The notes: generated by a model not told the origin, from the sequence alone. Positions 1 through 14,892 are shown, numbered from the stretch's first letter. The stretch: 64,000 nt of DNA from Eledone cirrhosa (GCA_964016885.1 OZ024740.1:176700001-176764000), one strand, 5' to 3'. Numbers and translations are program-made.

Positions 1-83
1 CAGCTCAAACTTTTTCAAATCATTCTACTGTCTTGAAAGAAAAAAAAATGCCCGACAGACTTGATAATGTAATGACTCAAACA

Positions 84-720
<637 letters not shown>

Positions 721-1014
721 AATAACACAAAAAACAGGTCAATGGCTGGTCCATCATTGATCGTAGGTCTGTTGAATTGAGTAAACATCGCCTCTCAACT
801 TTCCTTTCTCCATCATTCCAGCGTCTCTCTATACAACTTCAGCCTTCCATTATACCCACCTCTCACAGCCACTCCTGCCACTTCCTCTCGCCTTCTACAC
901 GTACACACACACACATATATAGACAAACAAATTACACACACTGTCACCGACACTCCCTGCTCTCTTTATTCTTGCTCGACTTCGCTCCACATTATATAAC
1001 TATTTAAATATTCG

Positions 1015-1363
<349 letters not shown>

Positions 1364-1544
1364 CCATTTTGAACCCTTTCTCCGCTCACATAACTTACCA
1401 CTGCAACCGCCATCACGACACCCACCGACTACAAAACCAGAACTATCAGCCATTATGCAAACACACGCAGGAAAAGAGAAAGCAGAATTGGGTTGGTGTT
1501 TGCGAGAATGATAAAGTGATGAAAAAAAGAATATATATATATGT

Positions 1545-1599
<55 letters not shown>

Positions 1600-1700
1600 T
1601 CTAGTGTACATATTTCATTCATATTGGCTAATGTATACACTCACACACAGTCACTCCCACACATACACACTCACACACAAACACACAAATATATATATAT

Positions 1701-1885
1701 AGGAAAAGAGTCAGGACCCCAACGGATGAGCTCCGGCCGTTTTGACAGCTATCTAGCTGTCGTAACGGCTGGAGCTCAGCTGTCGGGGTCTTGACCCTTT
1801 TTCTATTACCCACTCTACTACCCTAAGTATCGAGTACTTTGGTGCGCTATGTTCCACCTGGTTCCTTACCACACTTTATTCGTTA
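1701..1885 (+). mobile_element. TA-flanked dispersed module, family B, hairpin form
   Basis: Imperfect hairpin with ~50-bp arms at 1701-1805, then the tail CCCACTCTACTACCCTAAGTATCGAGTACTTTGGTGCG...CCTTACCACAC. The tail recurs at 4218, 4325, 37230, 41306 and, degenerate, at 18588. (TA)n lies on both sides. Confidence 0.75.
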
Positions 1886-1947
1886 TATATATATATCATA
1901 GATTGAGTTAGACACTCAAAATAGTCTTTTACAATTAAATAGCTCAA

Positions 1948-2050
1948 GGAAGGGAATCGTTCCGAGCCGTGTAATACAATTAAATATATGAGGGAGATGA
2001 ACACAGATATAAGTATACATGTGTTCCTATTGCAAATGACCAAGTTAGCT
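1948..2050 (+). repeat. Family D repeat, copy 1
   Basis: GAAGG(G/T)AATCGTTCCGAGCCGTGTAATACAATT... is shared with 2588-2712. Confidence 0.75.
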
Positions 2051-2200
2051 AGGTTTAACAAATACTCATTTAAAACAGTATGGTTTGCCTGTCTCGATTT
2101 AAAGTAATACATCAATAAAAATAAACAAACCTATATCGGGCAACTGCCTTTGATACCCGTACAGATCTAAAATCTGTTTCGCAAGTATTATTAAGTGAAA

Positions 2201-2377
2201 GCGGTGGATTGGCAGTATCGGTAGAGGGTCGGACACTATGTTTTGACGCATAGAGTTACGCCCATTGCCATTCTGAGTTTAAATCGCGCCTTTCATCATT
2301 ACGGGGTCGATAAAATAAAGTACCAGTAATGCACTGGGTATGTGCTAGCCTTGTGCCAAAAGTAGAAACAATTATTA
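2201..2377 (+). mobile_element. tRNA-derived SINE with target-site duplication
   Basis: A-box-like TGGCAGTATCGG, B-box-like GAGTTTAAATC, core GCCTTTCATC..CGGGGTCGATAAAATAAAGTACCAG, tail CCTTGTGCCAAAAGTAGAAACAATTATTA. ATTATTAAGTGAAAGC is duplicated at 2187-2202 and 2371-2386. Confidence 0.9.
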
Positions 2378-2587
2378 AGTGAAAGCCACCATTCCTGTGC
2401 TCTTCTGCGGGATCCAGGAAATTCGTACCTTTCACTTCAAAAGATCTAAGAAGACTGAACTATATGTTGATATAAAAGCACATGTTGCAGCGCCTAGCGC
2501 GTCTCATACCCATGCCGATAAATATACCAGCCGGTTTTATGAGACTAAAGTTAGCTCTACGTATGGAGCCGAGAATATCATAGATTG

Positions 2588-2712
2588 GAAGGTAATCGTT
2601 CCGAGCCGTGTAATACAATTGAATATATGAGGGGGATGAACACTGATACAAGTATACGTGTGTTCGAATTGGTCATTTGCAATTCGAACACATGTATTCA
2701 TGCCTCTCATAT
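2588..2712 (+). repeat. Family D repeat, copy 2, fold-back form
   Basis: Matches 1948-2050, then folds back: TACGTGTGTTCGAATTG...CAATTCGAACACATGTA. Confidence 0.75.
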
Positions 2713-2732
2713 ATATATATATATATATATGT

Positions 2733-2768
<36 letters not shown>

Positions 2769-2771
<3 letters not shown>

Positions 2772-3132
2772 GGTAGCTATGATGCTTCCCTAGGCGGGAT
2801 GCCGCCGGTTGAGCACTCTATGCTCTTACAGAGCAGAGTATGATAGAATAGAAACGAAAAATCAGTGATGTATCTGAACTCAATTTATTGTTTCCCCGGC
2901 GGACATCTCGAGACACGATCACTGTGTGGATCTGTCTGATTCTGGACCCGCAGGTTCGACGGACACGTGAGAGAATATGCTCCGAAATCATTAGACGTGT
3001 CCGTCGAACCTGCGGGTCCAGAATAAGACAGATCCACACGATGATCGCGTCTCGAGCTGTCCGCCGGCGAAACAATTGTAACACACAATAAATTAAGTTC
3101 AGATGCATCACTGATTCTTCGTTTTCTATTCT
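2769..3132. mobile_element. Fold-back (MITE-like) element, family A, copy 1
   Basis: ~75-bp leader plus a ~290-bp imperfect palindrome (2845-3132) with a ~26-nt loop. Nearly identical copy at 12864-13224. Microsatellites on both sides. Confidence 0.85.
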
Positions 3133-3164
3133 CTTTCTCTCTCCCCCTCCCCTCTCTCTCTCTC

Positions 3165-3199
<35 letters not shown>

Positions 3200-4185
3200 A
3201 ATGAATAATAACAGGTAGACGTTATACTGCAAACACAAACTGAAGGCTAAATTCTCTCTCTATAAAATAACTTAACATTCGAACCCAAGACTACAACATC
3301 GCTTTCTCGCTAACTAATTACTACTTCCTAACTATATCCCCTACCCCCACACTACAAGACAATACCCTGCTTATCATTATACATGGATACTTGGGTGCGA
3401 TTTGTAGACTACAACTATGAACTTGATGTATCCCCATCTCGTAACTTTCGTCTGCCTCCTCTCTATCTCTCTTTCTTTTTCTCTATCCCTTCCTCTCTCT
3501 CTCTCTCTCTCTTACTCTGTCTCTCGCCCTCGGTGTACCTCCCTCTCTTTTCTCTGTGGCAATAAATAATTCCAACCTTAACCATATCAACACAATGCCT
3601 AATGTTGTCACTTTGAGAGTAAACAGTATAATAAAACCCTTACCACAACATTTTGATTAAGCTATCTGTATTCTTCAAACGACTCTCTCCCATTTCTCCA
3701 ACCCCTACATCTCTCTCTCTCTCTCTCTCTCACTCTCTCTCTCTCTCTCTCTTTCTCTCCTCTTCTTTCTCTCTTCGTTTTCTACTCTATCTTCCCCAAT
3801 AACTTCCTTTAAGAAATACAAGGGTATTTACATTTTAACCATTCTGTTCTGAGGAAACGGTAGAAGCAGCATTTGAAAATTGAGTTTCTGCAAATAATTA
3901 CAAATAATTACCAATTTGCTCATAGCATGACTAGGCTGTATAACTACTGTTGAAACATTTGTAATTACCTTTTTTATGATGACTACCTGTTATTATTCAT
4001 TCTTTATCTACACTCCGGAATACAGAAGGATCAGAAACTGAGTTTCTTCAACTATTCTTCCATAACTCGTTGAGTAACCCCTCACCGTACGTCAACTCTA
4101 TCTAGTGTAATAATTGCTGGCCTTGTGCCTAAAGTAGAAACAATTACTGTATTCAGGATAATCCTAAGCATTTCTTGCATAACCT

Positions 4186-4505
<320 letters not shown>

Positions 4506-4691
4506 GGTGGTTTTAGATGTAGTAGCAGTAGCACTAACATATCTTGATTCGATGAGTGCATATACAATATGTGTATGTATATTGAGCATAGATAGATATA
4601 TGTCTCTCAATGAATGTTTATCTCAGATCGTGAAGGTATTGATAAAGAATTTTGAGATGTTTACCTACGTGCGCACACGCATACACGCACG

Positions 4692-4757
<66 letters not shown>

Positions 4758-5047
4758 TACACACACACACACCCACACACGCATACTTATATATATATAT
4801 ATATATACATGCAAACACACACACACACATACATATATTTAAACCTCATAAAACCAATCAAGATTTGTTCATCTTCAAAATCTCACCTTAATGATGTGTT
4901 TTATTTACGTGTGTTTCTTTCATTTCAGTCTAAGCAGGGCCAAGGAAACTGGTATCGGCGTACCCACGAAATTTGAATTTTTGATTAGCATTGATATACA
5001 TCAAGAGGATGACAGTATATTTGTTTCGTCTGGTGCTGAGCTATAAA

Positions 5048-5265
5048 TACAGGGTAGGCATAAAGTTTGGTTGAACATAATGTCTTTCCCTGTTTATAAA
5101 ATACCATATCTCAGAAACTATAGAGATTTGAGTTTTTCATTATCTTAATTTATATATTCCAAGTTTAAATGTTTTCTCAACATGTTTTACATGTTCTTTT
5201 CTAGTAGAAGTAGGTATAATTTTCAGTAACAAAATGGCATCTATGAAACAAAAGAGGAAAGACTT
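5048..5265 (+). mobile_element. Possible Tc1/mariner left-end remnant
   Basis: TA|CAGGGTAGGC terminus and a downstream AAAATGGCATCTATG start context resemble mariner 5' ends. No right TIR was found. Confidence 0.3.
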
Positions 5266-5516
5266 TATGCTAACCCTGTATTAGTTTCATCATCGATAGC
5301 AAATTCTGTATAGGATAATTGTGTTTTAAATGTTTTCCTGGCTAGTTTTGTTCTCTGTTGTATGATGTAATACAGTACAATTGGTTCTCGTGATTGCAGG
5401 TGGCGCTGACGACAGAGTGCCGTCCTATTACGGGCAATGTAACAGTTGGAATTGTGAAAGTCAGGTTTGTAATCAAATGTGTAAATCACATTGGCATTAT
5501 TACTTTGTTTTCAAAG

Positions 5517-5660
5517 GAGGTGGATTGGCAGCATAGAGTTACGGCCCTTTATGGTCTGAGTTCAACTTTGCCTTTCATCCTTATGGGGTCGATAAAATAA
5601 ATCACCATTAATGCACTGGGATAATTGCTGACCTTGTGCCAAATGTAGAAACAATTATTA
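5517..5660 (+). mobile_element. tRNA-derived SINE, internally deleted, with TSD
   Basis: Same core and tail as the copy at 2201. ATTATTACTTTGTTTTC is duplicated on both sides. Confidence 0.85.
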
Positions 5661-7007
5661 CTTTGTTTTCTGCTTAATTATTGATAAGAAAGTTTTATTT
5701 GTAATACTTTTGTAGTACATTATGAGTGTTAGTCAATGATTTTGTTGAATGTATTAATCGCATGTTTTTTTTTTCATAATGTAGCTATCTATTCTGTAGT
5801 TACAAGTAGTATGCATTTATTTGACGTAACAACAAAATCACAGAATGTTTATGTATTGCTGGTAAAGACATCAACTTACAATATAATGTAAGTATACTTT
5901 CACTTCTTTCTCTTCTTCTAAAACGATGCAGCACTAAACTAATATTTCTTCACTACTTGTCTGAACTGATATAATAACACTATGCACTCAAAGATATTCA
6001 ATATACAAACAGCAACAGCATATTTTAAGAGACAGTCCACCTCCTGGTCCCATACATTATGTGGTGATTGTTTATTTTTGATAAGTCTTGTACCTGATAT
6101 ATTTTGTGCGGTGTATCTTTGTATTGTTTTATGTATTAATTTACAGTAATACACTGGGATAATTGCTGGCCTTGTGCCAAAAGTAGAAACAATTTACTAG
6201 TTTACCCGTTGTTTATTAGTGTTTGTTTTAATTCTGTAGAATTCATTATGTAGTACTTTATTGGGGAAAATAATTCTGCAATCTGTGTGAACATATATTG
6301 TTTCTATGAACGTCCAAACATTTATTTGTTTCCTTGGTGCTGTTGGACTTGATTTTATTACTTTTTTTATATGAATGTTTATGTAAATTAATAATCATTA
6401 TATTGCTGGGTCTTTTAATTACACCGATATGGATATTTCCATTTCTAGGTCCTCGACTAACCTCTAGATATCATCTGATAAGCACATTACTACGGGTACA
6501 TCGTCAACGTATCTGCTTTGTTATCACATTGTTAACTATTGTAACTACGCAAACCCCCGTAAATGTGAGCCTTAATGTAAGAGTAAATAATTTAAACGAA
6601 CCAGTGGTCTGGATTTGGATTTTTCAGAAATAAACACAAAGGTATTGACTACATGATAAATTCTTTATTTATTACAATTTCCTTCAGTTTATCATACTCT
6701 TCCGGAAACTCTTCTGGAAGGTTTGGTTTGAGGTGGTGAAAGTTTGGATGCAGAAGAAAGGCAATGTGGACTTGTCATTGACAAGGTCATAGGCTGTAAC
6801 GAAATTATTTTGACAGTTAAAATACTTAGATGATAAATCAATGAATTTATGTATTAATATTCCGATGAATAAAACCAAAGTAAAATTCAAGCGGTACATG
6901 TGTTTTGACTGAGAGAATGACCCTCCTAAAATATAACAACACCTGTTTCTACATACGATTTCAAATCAAGAATCTTGCTAGACAAATATATGAATACAAC
7001 CCCCACC

Positions 7008-7069
<62 letters not shown>

Positions 7070-7860
7070 CGTGTGTGTGTGCGTGTGCGCATGTATGGTG
7101 GTGTGAGTGTGTGTGTGTATGGTCTGATGATGTACTCATTCATGCACTCATCTTCACATAAACATGAAAATTCAAAAGACCATTCTGACACAACAAATGG
7201 CTCCACGTATAAAATTAGATGTCAACAGGCTGAAGAATGAAAGCATCGAACAATAATAGTTTAATTAATATTTTGAAGCAAAGTCACCTCAAATTATTAT
7301 CTATGGTGATATTGAGGTCTCTTGAACAAGTCTGAGAGACACACTCTTTGAGGTAGGAAAAGAAACATTAGGTTATGCCCATCGCAAACACTGGGAGTGG
7401 TTTGACTCAAATGTTGCACAAATCCAATCAGTACTTGAGGACATGCGTAAAGCTCACTGTGTGTGATAAGAACTCTGCGTGCTGGATAAGTTCTTCCTTA
7501 TTTTATTTGGTGTTAATCTTTTTTCCGGGCTTTGCTTTCTTTCGACATGATAAACATTTTTATAATAAATAAATAACAATACTATTTTTTTTTAAAATTC
7601 GTCCAGTTCATATGAACTAAGAAAAAATCAATAACGCTACAAATACGAAGTAAGGCGTATAGTAAACTGAAAACCATAAAAATAAGAATGTGATGAAAGG
7701 GAAATAATTGAACATAACATTTAAGGCATCGAAGCAAACTTGTCTTAGTTTTTAATTGATTAATTTCCTTTGCGGAAATCCTTCGTTGCCATGATTTTAC
7801 TCGAAACTAATGAAAGGGCATCCGTTATCACGAATTTTATCACCAGTAACGATCATTGAT

Positions 7861-7972
<112 letters not shown>

Positions 7973-8368
7973 TGATGTTAAAAGAGAAAGAGCAGAAATG
8001 AAAGTTTGCAACGGATGAGTGAATGCACGTGGCGCGTGGCAACTGATTGTAGTTTGAATGTGGGTGGTCTTTAATGCTGTTACTATGACAGTTGTCAACG
8101 TCAGGAATAACAATTCTTATGATATACTAGGCTTTAATTTTGGACTTGTTACGGAGGTGTTGGAGGAGATGCACATGGTCGTTGTTGGGGATGTAAGGTA
8201 GCGTATGTCTTGACCCTGATAGTGGTAATGTCTTGGTAGCACTAGCACTGGAGCATATGAAAGTATTGATAGTTGCTCTGGTTGAGTTGGTAACATCATA
8301 TTTGTTGTTTTTACTGTTTTACTCTAAATTATGGCCAATTAAGCAGATCTATGATTTAAGGTAGTGAA

Positions 8369-8480
8369 GGTGCGTGGCTTAGTGGTTAGAGAATTGGATT
8401 CGCAATCGAGAGGTTGCAAGTTCGATTTCCGGACCGGGCGATGCGTTGTCTTTCAGTAAGATACATTATTTCACGTTATT
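8369..8480 (+). mobile_element. Second tRNA-derived SINE family (CORE-like), 5' part
   Basis: tRNA-like head GGTGCGTGGCTTAGTGGTTAG...GTTCGATTTCCGG followed by a CORE-like segment GCGTTGTCTTTCAGTAAGATACATTATTTCAC. Confidence 0.6.
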
Positions 8481-8757
8481 CCTTCTGTCAGGATTTGCGA
8501 CCGGTAGAGAGTATTAGTAATGGAAGAAAACCAATGGAAATTTTGTTTCCTTGTTCCGATTTGATGAACTCCACTAGGTAAGCGAATAAGTTCTGGGATC
8601 TTGTCGATTGAAGATTTGAAGCATCTCGCCATTTCATTCAGATGTAATACATATTTTTTCAAAACGGTATACTATGCGATTAGTGATACATGTGGACACT
8701 ATTTTTGAAGGTCATATGACCATTGTGAGACCATTGATAATGTTAATCCTTGTGATT

Positions 8758-9012
8758 AGTAATACACTGGGATAATTGCTGGCCTTGTGCCAATAGTAGA
8801 AACAGTTATTATAGTGTAACGATTGGTGAATTGGCAGTATCGGTAGAGGGTCGGACGCTATGCTTTCTAGCATAGTTACGTCCCTTTACAGTCTGAATTC
8901 AAATCACGTCGAGGTTAACTTTGCATTTCATCCTTATGGGGTCGATAACATAAAGTACCAGTAATGTACTGGGTAGTTGCTGGCCTTGGGCCAAAAGTAG
9001 AAACGGTTATTA
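8758..9012 (+). mobile_element. tRNA-derived SINE: 3' fragment plus full copy (8824-9012)
   Basis: Same head, core and tail as the copy at 2201. Confidence 0.88.
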
Positions 9013-9544
9013 TAGTGTATATGATGTTGGTACTAGTCGTATTGCTATTTGTGGTATTAAGTTCTTAATAAAGTAGGAAGGTAATTAGACCGACAAAGCC
9101 CGCCCCTATACGCATACATACATATACATACATATATATACACACATACGTACATACATACATATCTATTCTATGTGGGAAAGAGAGAATAAATATATAT
9201 AGATAGATAAGATAGACAGATAAATAAATAAACAGATAGATAGATAGATAGATAGATATGTTACTAGGTAAGCATTGGTTCCGAGAGATATAAAAATGCC
9301 TTGGTGACCGATAAGTCCATGATAATAATGGCAGGTGCTTTGTCTGTTACACTCAATTAGTCAGTAAAGCGAAGCACCTGCTGGGTGGCAATATTTAACT
9401 CTACCCAGCCTTCATACGGCCCACCCGACTAATTTTCAACCTCCAAATCACCTCCCATTTATCTTTCACATAACTGCTGCTGCTGCTGCTGCTGCTTCAC
9501 ATTGGCGTAGTCACAGATATCCACTCAGTATATATACAGATGTA

Positions 9545-9545
<1 letters not shown>

Positions 9546-9575
<30 letters not shown>

Positions 9576-9775
9576 CTTCTTCTTCTTCTTCTTCTTCTTC
9601 TTCTTCTTCTTCTTCTTCTTCTTCTTCTTCTTCTTCTTCTTCTTCTTCTTCTTCTTCTTCTTCTTCTTCTTCTTCTTCTTCTTCTTCTTCTTCTTCTTCT
9701 TCTTCTTCTTCTTCTTCTTCTTCTTCTTCTTCTTCTTCTTCTTCTTCTTCTTCTTCTTCTTCTTCTTCTTCTTCT
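9546..9775 (-). repeat. Uninterrupted (GAA)n tract, ~230 bp, at the 3' end of an RTE fragment
   Basis: Pure TTC run directly abutting the 3' end of the minus-strand RTE. Confidence 0.95.
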
Positions 9776-10180
9776 GTGTCTACTTATTTCTGAGAGGGTC
9801 GTAAGAGCAGAGTCCACAAACACACCTTCCAGCGAGTCCTGTCAGAACCAACCGGGTCGAGCCGATCTGGCTGGATCCCCAAGCGAGACCAGCCAAGCTC
9901 ATGGGCGTTATCGAAGCATCTTGTTCGGGGTCTACGACTTGGTCTCCTGTCGGTTAGTTTTGCCTGTAAAATCTGTCCAGCGATTCTTTCCCGAGATATT
10001 CTAAGCGCATGCCCATAGTATTGGAGCTGTGATATCTCAATTCGGAGAAGTTGAGCCTCTACCTGGAGAGACTTTCTGATCTCCGCGCTACGCACTCTAT
10101 CGCGTAACGTTACTCCAAACACTCTTCGAAGGAACCCCATTTCGGCGGATTGTATTCGCGATCGTATTCTATTGGTCATC
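9776..10180 (-). mobile_element. RTE-clade LINE 3' fragment
   Basis: RIQSAEMGFLRRVFGVTLRDRVRSAEIR...QLQYYGHALR...RRPSRRPRTR is a typical RTE C-terminus. Same family as 41788-43660. Confidence 0.85.
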
Positions 10181-10184
10181 AACT

Positions 10185-10480
10185 GCAAATATGGCCTGGC
10201 TGCCTGGCCATTGTTCAATCTCTCTACCAGGGCCTTACTCTCATTGGATGAAGTGGCTATAGGCTGAAAGAGACCACGCGACAGGCCCCGCACCAGATGG
10301 CTGGATGTTATGAGGCAAGATCTCTGGAGGCTCGACATCATGTTGGAAGATGCAGTGGAGCTGGCACGGGGCGGCTAGCGATGGAGGCGCTGGTGGAATT
10401 GGTCGGCTATACGCATGATGATGCTTTGGGATCGCTTGCTTAGGAGGACCCCCGGTCTCGTCGAGCAAGAGGAAGAAGAA
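10185..10480 (+). mobile_element. RTE-clade LINE 3' fragment (second family)
   Basis: The + frame reads [19 protein letters not shown]...RWRR and the piece ends in GAAGAAGAA. Confidence 0.7.
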
Positions 10481-10490
10481 ATATATTATA

Positions 10491-10632
<142 letters not shown>

Positions 10633-10634
10633 TA

Positions 10635-11178
10635 AGGATTGGTGCTCTGAAATAGCGATGTATACATGAATGAATGTATAGTATATTTGGCAATATACCG
10701 TATGTTTAATTAAACACATTTTGAAGACCATACGTTATCGGTTTTAAAGTAGTGACTATGCCACTTACTTCTTTTCGGCGAAAGAAGGGAGAGAAGCTAA
10801 CAGTCTGTTTCACGCTGTTGGCGATCATCAGAGCCACGCACTCCCTGTCTTCGCCGAAAATTAGAGAAGCTGAATTCTTATAGAAGACCATACGCTATCG
10901 GTTTTAAAGTAGCCAAATATACTATACATACATTCATGTATACATCTCTATTTCAGAGCACCAATCCTAATACCTAATTTTTGCTGGACCGGCAATCGGT
11001 CTGTATAATAAGCTCTTGATTATTACTGGAATTCTATGAGAACCCAGACCGTTAGCTTTCTCTCCCTTCTTTCGCCGAAAAGAAGTAAGTCACTACTTTA
11101 AAACCGATAGTGTATGGTTTTCAAAATGTTTTTAATTAAACATACGGTATATTGCCAAATATACTATACATACATTCA
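10635..11178. repeat. TA-flanked rearranged inverted-repeat mosaic
   Basis: Most of 10635-10807 is inverted at 11044-11178. A direct copy of 10723-10752 lies at 10883-10911 and an inverted copy of 10635-10691 at 10911-10968. Confidence 0.85.
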
Positions 11179-11332
11179 TATATATATATATATATGAGAG
11201 ACGTAAAATAAGAAAATTATAAAATTAACTTACTTATCATGCATTGAACCACAAAGTTACTAAGACAAAACCTATATATTTGCTAGCATAAGTATGCATC
11301 TGTGTATATATATGTTACTAGATATACTAATT

Positions 11333-11396
<64 letters not shown>

Positions 11397-11707
11397 GATG
11401 TATAAGAGTTTAAATGGTTGATAATACAACTACATAAAGGCAAATAATATAATATTTTAAAACTCAATGTGCTTTTATAGTCCATAGCAAGATAGGTAAG
11501 AGACAGTTCAGAGTTTAACTCAATTGGTAAATTTCCAGTTATGGTAGTTTTACAATCGTTGATAATTTCGTGAACATGTAATGGTAAATATTATTTCTAT
11601 TTAATGTATTCTGATGCGATTATTATAACAGAAATTAAGAATTTAAAATATATTAAAGAAACGATCGTCAAATGGCCTCCGATCTTTTATTAATATATAT
11701 ATATATA

Positions 11708-12007
11708 TATAAAGAAAAAAAGATGAAATCGAAAATGCAACTGGAGTCTTATTTTTAAAAAAAATATATATATTTATTTGGTTCCTTTACCGGTTTCGCA
11801 GTTCTTCTGCTTTTCAAAAGTAGAGTTGAGATGGAGGGTCTGTGGTTTTTCTGACAGATGTGAGAAAAACCACAGACCCTCCATCTCAACTCTACTTTTG
11901 AAAAGCAGAAGAACTGCGAAACCGGTAAAGGAACCAAATAAATATATATATTTTTTTTAAAAATAAGACTCCAGTTGCATTTTCGATTTCATCTTTTTTT
12001 CTTTATA
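11708..12007. repeat. 300-bp near-perfect palindrome
   Basis: 149-bp arms, 2-nt GA loop at 11857-11858, one G/G mismatch near the centre. Confidence 0.95.
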
Positions 12008-12237
12008 CTTTTACTCGTGTAGGATACCTCGGTTATTTTTCATTTTGTAAAAAAAACCTCACTTTCTAATATATATATATATATGTATATTGAAGTCCGA
12101 AAATCTTTTGATTCCACAGTCAGTTTAGATCGATACAGATCGAACCGTGAGCTGATCAATAGCGAAATGCGCGTCACTACTCAATAAACGTAACGAAGAC
12201 ATAACAAATCTTCCTTTTTAGTATTATTATTATTCGG

Positions 12238-12528
12238 TAATCCCGCCGAGGTTAACTTTGCCTTTCATCCTTACGGGGTCGATAAAATAAAGTACCAGTA
12301 ATGCATTGGGTAATTGCTGGCCTTCTGTCAAACGTAGAAACAATTATTATTGGGTAGAGGGTCGAACACCATGCTTTGCAGCAAAGAGTTACGACCCATT
12401 ATGGTCTGAGTTCAAATCCGCCGAGGTTAACTTTGCCTTTCTTCCTTACGGGGTCGATAAAATAAAACACCTGTAATACACTGAGATAATTGCTGGCCCT
12501 GTGCCAAATGTAGAAACAATTACTATTA
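12238..12528 (+). mobile_element. Two tandem 5'-truncated tRNA-derived SINE copies
   Basis: Core and tail motifs occur twice (12238-12350 and 12352-12528). Confidence 0.85.
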
Positions 12529-12621
12529 CACTCTGCTTAGTACTACACCTCTATACTTACTGGAACAACGTATTGAGTGTTCACTCTGGTGAACCTACAG
12601 TAACTGGACGTTACAATCCTT

Positions 12622-12734
<113 letters not shown>

Positions 12735-12802
12735 ATATATTAATATATAAACAAGAAATGTAAGTCAACAGGTTAAAATTAACTTCGTTAATACATACTC
12801 AA

Positions 12803-13323
<521 letters not shown>

Positions 13324-14154
13324 GAATAGAAATGGCTGTGTAGTTGCTATTTAAGGTAACTTAAAATGCAGTGGGAATAAGAAGAAAGCAAGAACAGGGG
13401 GGGGGGGGGGAGTTTTTCTCATCAGTTGTCTACTGGAGATCTAGGATATTTCTACGCTTTAAAGACAAGATACCACTTCACCCCAGGACGTCAATAACTG
13501 GATAAATTATTGGGAAAACGAATATATATATATGTTGTTGTGTGGAGTTTGACCGGTAGGGATCGATAAAATAAGTAACAGGCTTGAAAATAGGAAATCG
13601 ATAGGACCGACAAAAGCTTTGATTGCACTGCTCCAGAATAGCTGTAGTCTTATTATTGGAAACATAAATGAATATATTCCATTGTTTGATGTTTAAAGAG
13701 ATTATAGGCATCTATAGCTGATATTTCTAGCTGTTCGGACGGCTGTGTAGAGATTCACTTATTTAGTTGCCATATCTAAACAGTCTGCTATTTCTTGTCG
13801 GCCAAGTTCTATGTGGAAGAAAGAATACATCACAGAGGCGTGGCATCCTGACAAAGCAAGTATATCGCGTTCGTTGCAAAAAATTGTTGACTGATGAAAT
13901 TGTCGGCAGCTGACATGATTGGCTGCAGGAAATGACTGCTGGAATAGATGAGGGATGGAGGAGCTTGGCTGCTGGAATTATTTGGTTACAAAACGTATTG
14001 GCTGCGCTGCTAGGAAGATTATCGGGGATGAAGCAATATATAACTACTGAAATAACTGACTGCTGAAATTCTTGGTTGGTGGAATTATTTGGTTGCTAAA
14101 ACTATTGGTTGCTATAGTAGTTAACGGTTGTTGCATTTGGCTACTGTTGAAGTA

Positions 14155-14350
14155 GATTGGCAGTATCGGTAGAACGTCGGAAACACGTTTTACATCATAG
14201 ATTTACGCCCCTTTATGTTCTAAGATCAAATCCCCCGAGTTTAGCTCTGCCTTCTTTCCTTGCCGGGTCTATAAAACGAAGTACCAGAAATGCACTGTTT
14301 TGAAATAATTAAAAGTCCCCAAAATAATTAGCTTTTGCCTATATCATAAA
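14155..14350 (+). mobile_element. Diverged tRNA-derived SINE
   Basis: TTGGCAGTATCGGTAGA head and a degenerate core, AAGTACCAGAAATGCACTG. Confidence 0.7.
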
Positions 14351-14431
14351 ACATATTCGTCTACTACTGGCCTACAGTTTCAGAATTTAGACAGAATATT
14401 AGGCTGAAACCGACTGCTTTTCTAGTAATCT

Positions 14432-14474
<43 letters not shown>

Positions 14475-14866
14475 CAGATACAATATAGACACAAACACAT
14501 ATATATAGTTTATCAAAGTTCTTTCGTTGCACATCTGCAACATCGTCAGTGGTGCTATTGTTTCCTCCCGTTGCATTGTATTTTCTACCCGTTGGTCAGT
14601 CAATGGCAACATTGAGGACCGAATATATTAGATTACCGATATAAAAGACACAGAAGCGAAAAGCGAAAACCAACCAAACAGTGAGTGTGTTCTGTTATTA
14701 ATTCTGGCAATATTACACAAATATGACCCTCCCCAAATATATATATATATATCCCCTTGATCACCTTGACCGACCAGTCTGTCGAGCGCCATTCAGCGCC
14801 GCTGGTCACAGCACGTGCTGTTTTAGCCATACGATGACGCCATCCCACTGGCTAGGCGGGCAGGCC

Positions 14867-14892
<26 letters not shown>

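Noticed and set aside
8369-8440. Stand-alone tRNA gene
   Set aside because: The acceptor stem does not close and the sequence continues into a SINE core.
11755-11960. Near-identical ORFs on both strands (also at 2818-3111 and 12880-13203)
   Set aside because: A consequence of the palindromes.
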